From contig JALMLS010000441.1 in assembly GCA_038496445.1 (NCBI GenBank), positions 1,248-65,247 of the forward strand: 64,000 nt of DNA, read 5' to 3'. Both the position numbers and the translations under genes were made by a program. The stretch is from Trichosphaerium sp. ATCC 40318. Lineage: Eukaryota; Protista; Tubulinea. The notes under the pieces were generated by a model. It saw only the letters and a program-made list of their open reading frames with translations, searched no databases and had not been told where the DNA came from. Shown here one piece after another: positions 62,618 to 64,000 of this stretch. The number at the start of each line of letters is the position of its first letter. The stretch's first letter is position 1.

Positions 62618-63403
62618 TACACTAAGTTTGTTGGCCTGCTACGCCAATTTCAAATAAAACTATTGGTGTAGGTTAAGTTCGTATAGTGGTTAAGATACTG
62701 TAAACTTGTGACAGTATAAAGAAGTATTTTACTGGCGTTTGATAAGTGAGACGTAGTTGTTTAAGTACGGTAGTATTGTAAAACAACATCAGTAGTTCTA
62801 TACAAGGGCAGATTACGATTCAAAAAGTTTTTGTGTTGATTGATTGAATGTTTCAATTGATTTATGTAATTTGTTGTATATGTACAAGAGATAACTCCAA
62901 ATTAATAAATGGGAAGGGTCTCTGGCTACGTGATCCAGGGGATCGAAGCTGAGTGAGACGTATTCTCTCCTCCAATTTGGTATTGTAGATCAACAAGAAC
63001 GCGTGAATCTAAGGTCTGCAATTGTTGATGGCAAGCATAAGTTTAGTATCACAAGCTTCAAGGTAGCTAGATCGCAATCACATCAGCAAAACTTGTTACC
63101 ATAAGGCTAGCTTTCTCTTAAAGTCCAACTTTTTACGTCGTCCAACAGCCGATCTCAATTTCTAGTTTCTCAAAGCTTGCGAATGTTTATCAGACGTAGT
63201 TCACCATCATGGTGGTTACATTAGAATTCGTATCACGTGTTATTCTCATATTGCCGGGGAGCTCGCTACTAAAGAACACCAAAATAGTGTTATACACACA
63301 GCCCTACAGATAAAGATCTATCATATCTACAGTTGACCACGTGGTTTTCATAAGGTCGCTGGCTTAACTATCGTCGTATTTTTTTTCTTTCTAAACAACA
63401 ATA

Positions 63404-64000
63404 ATGCTTATGCCTAAATCAGAACTACACAAAGCTGTACTGGCAAATGATATTGAAACAGTTGAAAAATTACTTCAAGATGGCGCAAACCCAATGAAAC
63501 TATTATTTATTCTAGAGGACCAAAGTACAACAACAACTCATTCTCATAAACATACAATTAACTGAATTTTAAAAATTACAGATACACGCTCATACATGTT
63601 GCGTTACGCACAGACGAACAAGTCAATTGCCAGGAAGCGATACCAAACATAGAAATAATTTCGATGCTCCTCAAATACAATGCAGACGTCAATGCCTTTA
63701 TGTTTATGATAAAAGGAACCGACAAAAAGAACAGCAGCTTTACAAGAGATCTTGTCTCTGACGCTTGAAAACCTTCCGAGTACTATGACCTTTTGAAGCT
63801 TGGTCTATCAAAAGGTGGTGATGTAAATACTTCAGAGACAATAAATAGAGCAGGAGTTATGGCCATTTCACAAAAACATTGCTTACAAAAGCAGTTGATA
63901 ATCCTGTTATCCTCCAAATGCTACTCGAGACACCTGGCACTGATCCTGATGCCTATAATTTTACAAAGATTGTTTCTTTGACACACAATTTACAACATTA
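63404..64000 (+). pseudogene. Ankyrin-repeat gene fragment with apparent frameshifts
   Basis: SELHKAVLANDIETVEKLLQDGANP; YTLIHVAL...IISMLLKYNADVN; LLKLGLSKGGDVN lie in incompatible frames. Confidence 0.55.

Noticed and set aside
56400-64000. Endogenous giant-virus insertion
   Set aside because: No capsid, polB or packaging ATPase gene, and an intron-rich host P450 is interleaved; only individual virus-like genes are supported.

Overview
AT-rich (roughly 35% GC by eye), gene-dense eukaryotic DNA from a protist (amoebozoan-like by gene content; the organism cannot be identified from sequence alone). Most genes carry many short (about 40-150 nt) spliceosomal introns, so the ORF track mostly shows exon fragments. 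All gene models here were spliced by hand and their boundaries are approximate. Housekeeping genes: Der/EngA GTPase, AcpS-type PPTase, Sec14/CRAL-TRIO, HINT, a Kelch-PB1-TKL kinase, DOMON-cytochrome b561, PhyH dioxygenase, BTB-BACK, a bacterial-type Fe-S oxidoreductase with a mitochondrial-type leader, and a P450. These are interspersed with an accessory layer. (i) Three genes share one H-Y-E PARP-like ADP-ribosyltransferase (ART) domain: a pseudo-Ras-Roc-COR-ART-receiver fusion and two ankyrin-ART genes with one symmetric 99-nt exon per ankyrin repeat. (ii) Intronless F-box-MORN and F-box-LRR genes resemble giant-virus architectures; one is bracketed by two MITE copies. (iii) A 2.6-kb non-coding locus (about 28.1-30.75 kb) is built from reiterated RNA-structure modules: five covarying hairpins, seven GAA/AGUA loop-E-like units, four ~120-nt tandem units and a G-rich tail. 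This is the best candidate for an undescribed system, probably a large modular structured RNA. CACGTG is strongly over-represented across the window, and repeat copies differ largely by CpG transitions.
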